Part shown: positions 13,725-26,966 of the stretch, piece by piece
Layout: every line of letters begins with the position of its first letter
How positions within the stretch are numbered: the first letter of the stretch is position 1
NCBI GenBank assembly: GCA_051294905.1
Contig: CM119372.1
Span: 22,322,001-22,386,000 of the forward strand
Reading direction: 5' to 3'
Source of the DNA: Botryllus schlosseri
Lineage: Eukaryota
DNA: 64,000 nucleotides
Notes under the pieces: generated by a model
Told to the model about the DNA's origin: nothing
Database searches by the model: none
The model's input: only the letters and a program-made list of their open reading frames with translations
Translations under genes and position numbers: made by a program

Positions 13725-16338
13725 CAGTGGCGGCTCGTCCTATAGGGCAACTGGGGCATTGCCCCACCTAAAATTCTGTTCAATAACAATTTAACCATTT
13801 ATAGACGCACAGCAATCAATATATACCGAGATCACAGCGAAACCCGCGTTCTTCTTGTGCTTTCGCTTGCAAACGCCCATACATAGCGAAGTCTCTGCGA
13901 AAATCGAATTCTCTTCTGTGTTTTCGCTTTGTGAATGCCTAGCCGGGGCTTGCCCCGGTAGCGCTCATAACAAACTTTCACTATCTATTCTCTCAAAGCC
14001 GCGCACAATAAAGAAACGGTGATTTACTCTCTCCTATTCGTAAAATGGCCGAGCAACCAGGGCAAATATGCTTGCTCGCCCCTAAGGTGTGATGTAACAA
14101 TCGTATCTATATCTGAACTCGGTTACCGTAATATGCGTTGAGTCGACCTTTGCTGGAATAGGTCGATTTTGACGGTGTTTCGCACCATGATATTTCTTGA
14201 AACTTGGTATGATATGTCGTGAAGGTAGTATTTAACACTGCTCCAAGTTTCAGGCTTGCTACTTAAAGATAATGGTAGTAATTCCGTTTCCGAAGTTCAG
14301 TGTGTGCTGATCTATCATGTACATAGTAAAGCAAACAGATTTTACTCAAAAGCCGGTATTGGTCTCCATTGATTTTGACGATGTTCTATACCGAGATCGG
14401 TCATGACATTTGGCACGATAAGTGTTAGTATCGACCGCTGTAACAAGTTTTAAGTTTGTCACTGAACTATGTGGGTAGTAATTTCGTTTCCAAAGTCGAG
14501 TAAGAGCTGACTCTTCATTTATCGCCAACAAATTTACGCAAAAGCCGTTATTGGTCTCTATTGATTTCAACGATGTTCCATACCTAGATCTGTCATGAGC
14601 TTTCGCACGGTATGTCTGGATTTTAGTATCGAACACGGTGCCAAGTCTTAAAGTTGACACTCAATGATTGAGGCAGTTATTTCGTTTTCGAGGTCGAGTA
14701 TGGTAGAGATGCGCGCTGATCTGATACTTAGCCTATCTACGTCATTGCGGATCTCACGCAATAGCCGGTGTCGGTCTGTGCTAATCTATAGTCTGCGTTC
14801 CATAACGAGATCGGTGATGATATTTCCAATGGTATATCTCGATGATCGCATGAAACAGCTGACCAAGATTCTCGGTTTGCATTCAAATATTCACATAATT
14901 TTATGTTCGCCAATGTCCATTTCACTGTGAAATTGTGGCCTTCAAACCATTTGCTTACAATCCCCTGTCAAATGCGATAGCTATTTCATTTTCGATGTCG
15001 GCTAACAGCTGATCATTCGATCAGCATATTCCTCGATCTATTTTACTCAAAGTTCGGTGTTCGTCTGTTTGTATTGATTTTGACAGTGTACCATACCGGA
15101 ATGGGTTATGAGATTGCGTATGCTACTTCTCGATGATTTCTTGTAACAGTATACTAAGTTACGGCTTTTATTCATGTATTTATTGATTAGTATATTTTCC
15201 AACGGCGATTTCGCAGCAGACTTATAGACTGTAAGCCGTATGTGTTGTGTCACAGTCTCCAGTTTCAAGGCCAAAATGTCCTATGATGTTCCGAGACCGA
15301 AGTTCCGAGGCTGCTGTCCTTAGTTCTTCAAAGACCATTCAAATTGATGTTCTGGATTCAATATGACAGGCCCAATCTATGAGATAACAATTGCGTATGT
15401 GTCCGAACTCGTTGACCTTTCCAGTTAGGCTTACGCAATCTCTCGAGTTCTAGTCATTGGAATGAGTCAGGTCAAGTCAAGTGCGAACATGAATCGTATT
15501 GAATCTTTGCTCCGTACGTAGTTTACGCAGTTGTCTTTAGAGCGAAAATGAGAGGTCTAGAAGTTGTCCAGTCTATTGATCCAATCGTACGCCGGGTGCC
15601 TACGTTTTGGTTGCCTATTATCACCTGGTCGTAACCAGAGATGGCCACAGTCCGGTTCAGGAGCCGGAGCAGGATTTCAATGTTTTTTTACCTGGCCGGA
15701 CTGGATCCGGATTTTGAATTTGGGGTGACGGTCGGATTTTAGCCGGATTTTTTTGCTGTGATATGATTAATTAGCATTGTTCTGGCAGGATTTTTTCGGA
15801 TTCCGAACTGGACATTCACCAGCCGGATTTCTTTGGACTATGAATTTCCAATTGCCAGCCGGATCCGGATAGATTCGGATCCCGAAATTTTGGAATCCGC
15901 CCATCTCTGGTCGTAACCACCAGCTCAGTGGTCGTAACACACCAGGATCGTGTACGAAACACTTTCGGACGGGCTTAGAAAAATTAGGGTCTATCGATTT
16001 GCGTTATCTATAACTATACCATGAAATCATAACGCATGCTACTAAGGATGACCTGATACTTGATTCGTGGCATAGGGACGATTCTTAGTTCACGTACATT
16101 TTGTAAAATAATCCTTTGTTAAAAAATAAATGAATAAAACATTTGTTACCACACTTCAAGTCACGGCTCACCGGCAAACCTCTCGCGGCACCTACGTTAA
16201 AATCACTGTTGTCGGGAAATTCATGTGAGCATCATAAAGTTACTTTTTTACGTTGGAAAACGCCATTGTGACGTCATGTTGATAAAAGTCGCTCGCAGCC
16301 CTTGCCCCACCACCCGATATTGTCACGAGCCGCCACTG
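13725..16338 (+). mobile_element. Non-autonomous hAT element B, copy 1, with an internal ~200-bp repeat array
   Basis: TIR CAGTGGCGGCTCGT and perfect TSD gtgcaacc; colinear with 36264-38237 in the opposite orientation. Confidence 0.93.
15636..15909. mobile_element. hAT MITE C (CAGAGATGG...CCATCTCTG, CCGGAT repeats)
   Basis: Perfect TSD gtcgtaac; nested in element B. Confidence 0.9.
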
Positions 16339-16976
16339 GTGCAACCCTTGATTAAGATTTCAAAGCGTTTGATAAGCCCGGTATCCAAAATTTACCAAGA
16401 TATCAATTCATTAGGGTTGAGTACATCGTAAATGCCGATAGGGCTAGTTTTCTCGCTTCGACGATCTTACGCGTAAGCTCCACTCTTGCACGCTGTGCAG
16501 TGCGCACACGTATATAATAACATACAGTCACTAAAATTTGACGTCAAGGCAGGTAGTGGGGAATCTCGGCAGACTGGGGCCGCGGGTCACATTATCATGT
16601 GAGACGGAAACTGTCCGCGGACCAGACAAAATCTCGTCGCGGGCCGCAGACGGTATGTTGCCCGTCCCTTTTATGGGCGATCGTAGATAACAATCTGCTG
16701 ACCATCTCATTTTTCTCGCGGAAGCTGTATAGTAAACTTAGGCTACACGGCACCTCACCACAACAGACTCTGTAAAACTATTACCAGGAATTGGATTCGC
16801 ATCATGGCTAGTTTAAGCAATAATGACATCCGAAATATCAATACCGGTAATACAGGTGCTAGAAAAGGTAATATACTTATGATATTGAAGTATACTATTT
16901 GAAAGTATGGAATATGTATCAAGTATGGTGTGGAACAATGTTGGTATGGTATGGAAAATTGCAAGTATGGTATGGA

Positions 16977-17396
16977 TAGGCTTACCATACGTCCTCTTTT
17001 AGGAGGATTTGTCCTCTTTTTTGACTTTTTTGAAAGTGTCCTCGGAGGACGCCCTTTTGTCCTCTTTTTTGAAAATTTAGGTCAGATTTAGAGCAAATTG
17101 CGAGTGATATGCCGCAAATTAGCACAGAAGTGAAGCTCCGGCGGGTATTTCAGAGTGAAAATCGGTGATTTCAGCTCTGAGCGAAAAGATGACCTTTTTT
17201 TTAGCCATCCACCTGACAATGTGGACAGAAAAACGGTATTTTGAGCTCTGAGCGGAAAAGATGACCTTTTTTTTTAGTCATCCGATCACAAAGTGGGAAA
17301 AATTCACCGGTTTTAGAGAATTCTACTCCGGTTCTGCAAGTTGCAAATTTCTGAAAAAGTGTCCTCTTTTTAGATTTCCAAAATATCGTAAGCCTA
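16977..17396. mobile_element. hAT MITE family E, copy 2
   Basis: Perfect TSD ggtatgga, inside the ATGGT repeats of element D. Confidence 0.9.
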
Positions 17397-18073
17397 GGTA
17401 TGGAAAGAGGAAGGCAAGTATGCAGTATGGAAAATCCTTGTTCCATACCATACCATACCATGCCCTGGACATGCCACCCCATTTCTTGTCGCTTGCCTTT
17501 TTTTCCATACTATATTCTGTTACGTTTCATTCAGTGTGCATGCCTCCTCTTTACATCGCATAGGCCAAGGTGAGTGTCTGATTCCATAGACTACTCTAAG
17601 TCGCTTCGACACTTTTCCGTCTTTTCATTGTATCGCATTTTTGTGGTGTGTAGGCTATTGAACTGATAAAAAAGGCTAATAAACCAATGATGATGATGAT
17701 GACGTTGCCTAATCTGAACGTTAGACCTGTTTTAGCAGACCACTGTTGAAGCATAGTGTCCTATATGGTGTCGACACAAGCAATCTCACGGTGAAATTGG
17801 TGTGCTTTCATTTCACTTTCCATTTGACTGAAGGCAATTTGACAGTAATTTTTGACCGGCTTGCCGAGCATCAAATTTGATAAAATGGGTATCAATCGAA
17901 AGCTGCCGCCGTACTGATTACGAGAATATAAATTTTATTTCGCTCGTGGTCCTGGAACCCCCATAATAAGCCTCGAATTTTTCATTGTTATGGAGAGTGG
18001 CATAGTGACGCAAGAATGCTGTCTGGACAAATGACGCGAAATGTATTTTCCACTTTTTGGAAATAGTATTATT

Positions 18074-19924
18074 CAGTGTTGGGATGACTCGAGTCATGAC
18101 TTGACTCGAGTCAGACTCGAGTCAACTTTTTCGTATGACTTGACTTGACTCGAGTCACTTTGGAAAAATGACTTGACGTGACTTGACTCGGAGCTTCAAA
18201 AATGTGCATTGACTCGTGACTCGGAGCAAAATTTACGAGTCAATTTCAAGTCATTAAGTAAGCGGTGTCGAATAAATCACTGTATCTTGTGGATGTTCGG
18301 ATTGCTCGAGATACCCTGGTGTCACTTGTGAGAACAACCAGTCATTCACTAATTGTACGTTACAAGGTTCCTCCATTGTTCGATCACAAATAAATTGACC
18401 GCAACGTAGAAAATTAATCTAAATATCAATGTGTCTCTGTTTCTTAGACGGCTCAATGCTTACGTTGCCCAGTGCTCACATTTACCAATCCTCTTGTGTG
18501 ATATAAATCGAACGAATATATTGGGTGCGTTTATATTCTCATGGAAGTGTAGATAAGTAGTGTAGGCTATTGTACCATATCAATTTGTTTCAACTTCTCG
18601 AAGCTTCGTATTAGGTCCTATATTTTGGCTGATAAGAACTGACTGTAGTATGGAGCTGTACAGTTACTCACGTACATTATTAGCAGTTCTACGTGTGCGT
18701 GAGCGATATACCGTCTTTTAGCATGCATATTTAACGAGATATTCGTTATTTGATTAAGATAAATGATTAATTAATCTGTCTTTCACACAGCTAGCAAAAT
18801 GTAATGACTTTGAATCATCACTAGGGCAATATTTTTTTGACATGTCAAAAAAAGTCAAAATTAGGTCAAAATTGTAGTGTTAGGTCAAAATTTGTCAAAA
18901 TTGTTTACAAAGACAAACATTTTTTGACCTCTGCATTTCGTTTGTATTGTAGATTTTGCGCTGTCGGTGAACTTATCATTTGATATTTTACAGCTTGTAG
19001 CCTACTTTATAGGTCTACCGTTGTAAACGGACCATCGTCTGCTCATTGTGAATCATAAATGGTCAAATGAAACAAATAGTGACATGGTTTTATGGTCAAC
19101 GTACCGCAATATCCTAGCTGAAGCAAGACTTCTTGGACATTGCATGGTTCTTATATCAAGAAGCGCAAGCTGAAAAATTGTGATATAGACAACATTGTCA
19201 GAATGAAGCAACACGGTTTGTCACCAGCAGTGTGCACACAACATGAGTGTTGTCAGCCAACAAATGCTGCTGTTGAACGCTCTTTCTCCGTTCTTGGCAA
19301 GCTACGTATTAAGGACAGACACCTTCTACCCGAGAATGTAGGAAAGGATCTTTCGTTGTACTACAACAAATTTTAATTATTTCCACCAGAATACGTAATG
19401 TAACTACTGGAATTCTTCATAGGGCCAGATTTCGTTAAAATACTAGTTTTTCATGTAAAAATCTGTCAGTTTTTGAGCCAAAAACATTTTTTCAGGCCAA
19501 TCTATTTTGTAAGGACAGACAGTTCCAACCAGAAATGACGATAAGTAGTAAAATTTTAACATTATATGCGAAAACACCTAATTTGCATACGTGAGGTCAA
19601 AATTTGGTCAAATTTCAGTTTTTTTAGGTCAAAAAAAGTCAAAATTTAGATTTTTTAGGTCAAAATCTTCCGTTTTTTAGGTAAAAAAAAAATTGCCCTA
19701 ATCATCACTCATACTTCGAAAATTCAATTTGACTTGAATTGTGACTTGACTCGTGACTTGACTTGACTTGACTCGACTTGACTCGAGTCACCTCCAAAAA
19801 ACGAGTGACTTGACTTGACTCGAGTCACCTTTGAAAATCGATTGACTTGACTTGACTCGAGTCAAAATCTGCAATGACTCGAGATGACTCGTGACTCGAA
19901 GGTAGTGACTTGATCCCAACACTG
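18074..19924. mobile_element. Non-autonomous hAT with GACTTGACTCGAG subterminal repeats
   Basis: TIR CAGTGTTGGGAT...ATCCCAACACTG; perfect TSD gtattatt. Confidence 0.92.
18822..19700 (+). mobile_element. hAT deletion derivative retaining a transposase C-terminal remnant (19140-19376)
   Basis: TIR TAGGGCAAT...ATTGCCCTA; perfect TSD atcatcac; peptide CQPTNAAVERSFSVLGKL matches the hATC dimerisation motif. Confidence 0.9.
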
Positions 19925-20527
19925 GTATTATTACTTGAGATTTTTTCAAATATTTCAGTTCTTTTGTCTGGAGACCATTCACGTTGAGGTTTATAATCAA
20001 GTGTCGTACATTTGCCTATACTTCCCGGAAATACAATTACAGTACGTGGCATTTTCGCGATACTCCATACACTTTTAAACGTATAGTAATCGGATTAAGT
20101 ATCCGAGACAACTTTCCTGTATTGCTCTTCGACTAAACCACTGCGGGCGTTATATCAAGAGCCATGACCACTTTCTTAAACTGTGTTAGAACTGCTTTTC
20201 CATTGCAAAACTATCCTGTGCATCCCATGTGGTCGAAAATTCATACCTCCTGGGATGCATCAGTATCTCTGCATTGTCTGCAATTTCTACATAGCTCAAT
20301 CCTCAGTCCATACGAACGCATTACTACTGTTTTCATAACTCCTTTCTTACCTAGGTAGATCTAAAGTCAACCAATTCTACCTGTAGTTATAGGTTGCTTT
20401 TAAAAAGTAAAATATTTGTACTAGTACTTGAGTAGCTTTCTCGATATCTTGACCATCTCCGTATATGGAGTTTTAAAATTACCTTACGTCGCCACAAAAT
20501 CTCAGTAGAAAAATGCGTTCCAGTAAG

Positions 20528-20533
20528 TTTATT
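20528..20533 (-). terminator. Candidate eIF5A polyadenylation signal
   Basis: AATAAA on the minus strand about 400 nt downstream of the stop codon. Confidence 0.45.
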
Positions 20534-20933
20534 GCCATAGCCGAGAAGATTGACCGTCTCAAAGAGCTTGTATCATGTGATGCCAATGCAACAAACAATC
20601 CATATATCACCATCAAAAAAATTGTATGAACTCCACACTTTCAACTCAAAAAAATATTTGACGCGACAGGCCGTCTCCAGCCATACATCAGCATGTTGGA
20701 GCAGGACAGACATGACCTACCAACAGAGATTGATCATGTCATGGGGCAATGAAATCACGAGTCGTGTTTATCGGAACGAGAAGACGAATTTCAAAGACTA
20801 TTCACGTCGATAGGTCGAGCAAAATTAATTACAAGGAAACTAATGCATGGGCCGAAACGCTACAATCTTCAATCCTTGGAAATTTCAGTAAATTCGAGAG
20901 CAGTAGTTTCCACAAAGAAGTGGTTTTAGGTGT

Positions 20934-23900
20934 TTAGGTGGTGATGGTTTTGTACCCCATGACTTTTTCTTTACCGCAGGCCGTGATGACGGTTATCTGT
21001 CACGGAAAGAGTTCCATAAATACCAGATGCGGGAAATTTGAAAAGGGCTCAATAGCTCACTGTCAGTTCTTTGCCTTCATCATATTTTGTTGTGATCTCA
21101 TCGCCAAGATCGCCGGCTGGGACCGCTAGGTCTTCCTTCTGTGCACCGTTGTCATCAAGGAGCTGGAGAAAGCCGTCTTCAATAGTCAAGAGCTGAAAGA
21201 AAGTTTCGAGATGGTAAGCAATTGCTGGTACGCATATCGCTAGCATGCGCGCTGCGACTCACTTGGTAGTTCAGGGTCTTGACGTTAGGCACTTTCATGT
21301 TGTGAGTGGAAGGGCATATATCCTCCAACTTCTTGTTATCAAATATATCGATTCCAACCAGATGCACCTAAAGCAAAACCAGGACTGTCAAAGTCAGAAA
21401 ATACGTTGCCGGGCCGAGAAAAATGTTAAGACCACATTCAGCGAATCAGCGGCGAGCAGTTTTATTTCTAAATTGAAATCAGTCAATTACATTGTTAACA
21501 CATGTTACCAAGTGGCTGCGTCAATATTAAGCTGTATCCCTAGCTCTGTGTGGCTTCATAAAATAGCTTTATCGTTTTGCTAGCCCCACGAGCAGGTGTG
21601 CATTAGATGAGCGAGTACATTCAACTACATGATTTGTTTCATTATGCCGACTTCTATTACATTCCTTCACGGAGACCAGCTCGGTGCTCATCACAAATTA
21701 AAAAGACCACTTCACAGCTGAGTTCAGTTAACAAATAGTGCCTAAGATCCTGTTGAAATGTCGGCGTTCAGCCGCATCTCCCATTGCTTGATATAACATC
21801 GTTCGTGAGTGAGGATGAATATGCTGCAACGGTCTTGGTTCAAACATGTCTGCTCAACTGATAAACTACATGCGTTCATTCATATTAGGGTGGGGGGTCA
21901 CTACAATACCCTAGCCAAGTGGTTCCCAACCTTCTTCGACTCATCGCCCCCATTTCAAGTTCAACACCGATCATCGCCCCCAAATTTTATGAACCGAAAA
22001 ATGGGCGTACAAACTGGAATCATCGGCAGGTTGACTAAAAAAAAGGTCAACTTTTCGGCTCGATGTCGAATTTCCCACTTTTGCAACCAAATTTTTTAGT
22101 GGGCTGACTAAGTGGTTCCTGACCTTTTTTGATGTCAGAGATGCATTTCAAACTTCAGAGTACCTATGGAGCCGCATGAAAACACTCAAGTACGTTACTT
22201 AAAACGAAAATTTATAAGGTAGCTAACCTATCTCTGATCTCACCATCCAGCTAATTCTAAAGCATGCACATTAAAATTTTGTGTGTCCTGCAGTCACAAA
22301 TGATGAAGTTTTGTGTCCTGATTTCAAAATTCACCAAAACTTAGAGACTGTTTAAACAAAAACCTGCACGAAAATTTTCCAGTCTTCATTGTATATATAG
22401 CGACTGATCAAAATACAACTGACACAATTCCAATTGCAAAGATTTAAAATAGTATTTTGGTAATTTGTGATTGTCCAGATTTAATTAATCCTATCCTATA
22501 GTGTTCTTGTTAACAGTCACCACAATTAAATAATTAATAAAAATTATTAATTTCGATTTTAGATGTAGACTGCAAATATCGTATATCAATTTGTCTGACA
22601 CAAATCAAACTGGCTCTACGAAAAGGCAAAAGTAGAGCAGTGGTCTAGAAAACCAATTAGAGGAATATGACGAGTAAAAAAAATTTGAAAATGTCATATC
22701 ATGTGACACAGCATCTGTTGTTACCGGACTGCGGAATGGCATTGTGAAACTGCTAAGTGCAATGATGAGCATGAGCAAGGGTTTTCATAAATCAAAATAT
22801 ATTGGTTGCCAACATCCTATTATCAATTCGCAAAGCATATATCACAGTTCTTCATTCCAATGTCTTCAACAAATCCAACTCTCAGCTACAAATTTCGAGA
22901 TGTGGTAAAACACTACAAAAACTTGGTACAAAAACTAAGCCAGAATTTCAGAAGGAAATAGGACCATGATTGCGTACTTCAAAATCCCCAAATGGAAAGT
23001 AACTCTGGAGATATCTTGCTTATTTATCACAAATGCGTGTCAGGCAGCCCGGTATTCTAACCAGACGTCTAAAATGGAATATACTAGAGTCCGACCGATT
23101 ATCGCTATGCCGGTAATATCGAGACGATATCGCACTTTGAAAGAATTACCGGTATCGGCCATTGGAGCTGAAAAATTATCGCCAATTTTCGTGACGTCAC
23201 AGCATGGCGGTAGGAAGTCAGAAAACTATAATCTTTGACCGCTTTACTGAGAATATTGATATATCTCATATAGCTTACACTTAACAGGTGTCCAGATGCA
23301 GCCTTTCTACTATATTTCATGTTCAAGTATAACAATTGCTGTGAAGATGTTCAAATACATGCTCTGAAGCTTTGAAAATGTGCTTATGTACATCCAGCTT
23401 CTTTCGAACATCGGCTGAATGTATTGGGGTCATCGGTCAAGGTGTGAGATATCTGTTTTATCGGTATTGACCAAAAAATCTAATATCGGTCGGGCTCTAG
23501 AATATACCAAGGATAACTTTCTGCTATCTTTGCGCTTATGTCCTATAGCGATAAAGTGCCTTAAAACCCCATAGAAAGTCAGATATGTCAGTTGCAGATG
23601 TCTCTGGCACAACAGAAATGGCAGTCAAATTGATGGAAGAACTTTACCAGAAGTGCAAAACCACATAAAGTCAAAGATTAAATTTGTAGCAAAGAATACC
23701 TGTCAATTGTAATTTTTTTTCTATATTTGGACCAGTGTCGAAAATGTAAGTTAGTTTGTGCGGGACATTATTTTTGATTTGATCAAAATGATCATAATTT
23801 TATCAATTTATAACAAAATGTTCATTAATTCCTGCTACAGGTGAATAATAACACCAATGCACAGACTTCTACAAATTCTATATCGGATATTCGATCATTG

Positions 23901-26728
23901 ATAGCCTCGGTTGGGAATCACCGTCCCAAACCCAACCTAATCGTGACACATAACAACAATAGTTAATAATCCCAAGCAATAGTTGACAAATTCGTTGTGA
24001 TTTCGCGTGTCTCGGGCACCGATTCTTTACTGGAAATTACACATTACACATTTGCGGCAACAGCATAAAAATAATGATCAATGGTTTTATCAATTTTATC
24101 CGCTCAAGACACAATGCACAATCTGATGCACAGGACACGATACGGTGAACAGGTGCACCAGACGATTTATTCTACAGTAAGCCTATGCTACTATGTGTCT
24201 GCGTGATTGTGCGTACCACGGACCCCATTCATGTACCTGGAAACATGCAGGATGGTGCTTATTATTCCTATGCACAACTGCACGACCATCGCGAACCAAC
24301 GTTTCCCATAAACATGTCAAAATTTTTGGTGTACCTAATTAGTTCAGGAGTAGCGGTTAGGATATCGTAAAATTGCAACTGGGAGTTATAAGATTAGGGT
24401 GGTTGGGGGAACACAAGATTAGGGCTGTGGTCAGACAGGAAACAGTGCTTTTTTGGTAAAAGTTGTGAGTGACATAAGGGTTCCCTGCATAGAATAATCG
24501 GCGCCTTTTCAATGCCTGTATGGAATCAGTGTCTTGTGGTCGCATCATATTTCATTTTTTCATTATTTTTCATTAAATTACTTCAATTTGGAGAAGCATC
24601 GCTGCTCACCTTTTATATCAGGCAAAACATACTGAGATTCCAGTAGGACTTCGATGGCAGTCAGACACCTCTATACACTTTACTTCAGTGGTTCTCAACA
24701 TTTCGTCTTCATTCCCCACTACCCAAAACTTTTGTCATTAAGGAACAGCTATTTGCTCGTTACAAGACACACAACCACATTAGTGCGCAAGACAATCGCC
24801 TATAACTGCAACTTTGAACGCATAACGCACCCTCAAAATTTAGCAAAATCATTATTTCACGTCATTCCAGTCGTGTTGGGTGCTTTTGTGACACCGTGAA
24901 TGGTTATCTGTAGTTAAAAATGAGTTTTTGCAAACAACATGCATTTTGATTTTCGATACATACATTCCAGAGGGTTGCCAGTAAACTCGGCCCGCAGTAA
25001 ATTCGGCCCATGACATCAGTAAATTCGGCCCTCCGAGAATATTGTAATAAAATGTATTACCAACCGTTAACATAAATGAATTACATAATTATACCATTAT
25101 CAAGTGATTTGGATGTCAGGGCATGCGTAGATCGCGTAAATGCGGGAGATAGCGCGGATATTCACAGGGACCGAATTTACTCGGTCAATTCGGCCCTCGG
25201 AGAATTTTGTATAAAAATGTATTACCAACTATTAATGTGAATTAATTTCATAATTATATTATTATCAAGTGATTTGGAGAACAGGTTATGCGTATAAATA
25301 TATATATGTATATATATATATATGCAGATGTTTACGGGGCCGAATTTACCGACAGCCGAATTCAATCGGTATATTCGGCCCTCGGAGAACTTTGTGTGAA
25401 ATTGTATTACCAACTAATAATGTGTATTAGATTACATAATTATAATATTATCAAGTGATTTGGAGGTTAGGGGTTAGGTTTAGGATTAGGATTAGGGTTA
25501 AGGTTAGGTAGGTAGGTAGGGGTTAGGATTATGGTTAGGATTAGGGTTAGGGTTCAGGTTAGGTAATGGTATTGTAACTCTGGCCCTGGCCGAATTTACC
25601 GACGGCCGAAGTGACCATTCGAATTTACCGGGCCGAATTTACCGACGGCCGAGTTTACTGGAAATCTTCCAGAGCAGTTAACTCATGGCCAGACTGGAAT
25701 CAGTGGTTGTTTTCGTCAATAAGTTGCGCGTGACAGAAGGGTTTCTTCCATAGAATAATTAAAGAATTAAATGAAAAGATGCGCGTGACGTTTGCCACCA
25801 ATTCCACTCTGGACTCATGGTAACGTTAATTGCACATTTGTCTCCGTAAATATGTAGACTGTCCTGTATATAGTGTTTAACAAATGGGTCTATTCCCCAC
25901 CAGAAACCATCGAATTGGGAACCACTACTTTACGGTATAAAGATAGATTTTATTCAATTCAGTACCGACGTGAATGACTCACTCACAAGGCAGGGGAAGT
26001 GAAATACAAACATAAGTCGGTGAGCTATTGATGACTGAATATAGAGACATAATATAGTATGACGAATGGTTAATTATAATGATTTAGGTTGTGACAAGAA
26101 CGACAGTGCACAACAACAGCATGAAGAAGCAATGACAATATGCGAATGCATTCAGTATTCAGAATAAGCGATAGGCGGATTAGGGATTACTTTCTCCGTG
26201 TGAACAATAAGGGATTTTAAATGAAAGCCCCCTTTCCTGAAAGTCGAGCTTGGAAAGAGGTAGTGGGTTCTTCGATTCTACCCCATGTCTACGCCACCAC
26301 CTTAGACTATAAACATGTAGTTTCACTACACTTGATTACCCACAGGAATGAAAAATTCCAACACTGAGGACAACCTGGACTGTGTTTCAGTTGCGTGACC
26401 ATAATAATAATACATTTGAAATCAGTACTGTATGGTCATACAGCTATACAAAAGCAGCTTTTGAAAAAGTCCGATTGTGGTTAAACTCTTATACATCTTA
26501 TATAAAATAACATGGTTGTCTGGATATGAGCACGATACCTACCTTTGCGTGGCCATGTTTACCAGTTTTGGAGGTAGACATTTCCACGATCTTGCACGGT
26601 TTGTCTTTAATCATACACATTTCCCCTTTACGCAGTGCAGAGCATTGTTTTGGAACCACCTCAGCTGCTCCACTTCCAGTGTCTTCGAATGTTTCGTCAT
26701 CACCGCTGGGTTTTGCTCCTCTTGGCAT
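20934..26728 (-). CDS. eIF5A: Translation factor eIF5A, complete spliced CDS: 26728-26543, 21367-21263, 21192-21061, 20996-20934 (161 aa)
   Basis: The joined exons read [161 protein letters not shown]. The hypusine motif [12 protein letters not shown] is intact. All three introns are GT-AG and phase 0 (5175, 70 and 64 nt). Confidence 0.97.
23085..23499. mobile_element. hAT MITE (TAGAGYCCGACCGAT ends) in an eIF5A intron
   Basis: Perfect TSD gaatatac; lies within an older MITE at about 21915-23925. Confidence 0.88.
24972..25667. mobile_element. MITE with a 6-bp TSD, three internal ~175-bp repeats and a telomere-like tract
   Basis: TIR core CCAGTAAACTCGGCC at both ends; TSD tccaga (24966-24971 and 25668-25673). 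Confidence 0.8.
25465..25564 (+). repeat. Degenerate (TTAGGG/TTAGGA/TAGG)n tract
   Basis: ggttaggggttaggtttaggattaggattagggttaagg...ttagggttaggg. Confidence 0.9.
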
Positions 26729-26966
26729 TGCTTCAGTGGAGAACAAAATTTTAGTAGAGTAAGGTTATAGAGATGATACCTTAGCAAGATGATGACACTT
26801 CTAAACTTCCAACACCTAACCTAAGCCAAGTCTATGCTGGAAAGCGATCTGGTGAATATACTCAATGACTCAATGTCTTCACATCATCTACTTATCGTTC
26901 TTGTTCATATCTCTTCAATTTGAGTAGTTGAATATAAAGAAGTGATGTACTAATGCATTGACTTAC

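Larger units (their letters stand above)
13463..16670. mobile_element. hAT MITE family A, interrupted by element B
   Basis: The two halves join to match the uninterrupted copy at 32359-32920 (empty site ACGGTGCAATCCTT). Confidence 0.88.
12651..17467. mobile_element. hAT MITE family D (CAGGGCATGGTATGG TIRs), expanded to 4.8 kb by nested insertions
   Basis: TIRs at 12651 and 17467; TSD gacatgtc/gacatgcc (7/8). Confidence 0.8.
11925..17702 (+). mobile_element. 3' end of a non-LTR retrotransposon (CR1/L2-group-like), split by insertions at 12239-12490 and 12651-17467
   Basis: ORF2 C-terminal-like peptide LLKRFGVLNIED...FMHQF...HKYNTR...RSIKYAGPDVW...FKSKYKQLLLNKY*. The 3' UTR resumes at 17468 and ends in AATAAA plus (ATG)n. 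Confidence 0.75.
24686..25927. mobile_element. Older hAT-type MITE hosting the 24972-25667 element
   Basis: CAGTGGTTCTCAA...TTGGGAACCACTA; TSD ctttactt/ctttacgg (6/8). Confidence 0.6.

Noticed and set aside
8941..17563. ORFs rich in YGMVW / IPYH (for example 9047, 12641, 17201)
   Set aside because: They are translations of (ATGGT)n subterminal repeats of MITE family D.
24205..24315. Possible H/ACA snoRNA in the eIF5A intron (minus strand: hairpin, ATAATA, hairpin, ACA)
   Set aside because: It is short (~110 nt), and the ACA box is about 19 nt from the upper stem rather than 14-16. No target was recognised; an Infernal/Rfam search would be needed.
24430..24550. Possible C/D snoRNA (ATGATGC...CTGA...CTGA, minus strand)
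   Set aside because: The C box is imperfect, there is no terminal stem, and I see no convincing rRNA or snRNA complementarity.
25465..25564. True telomere or chromosome-fusion site
   Set aside because: The tract is short, degenerate, in a single orientation and enclosed in a TIR/TSD-bounded element.
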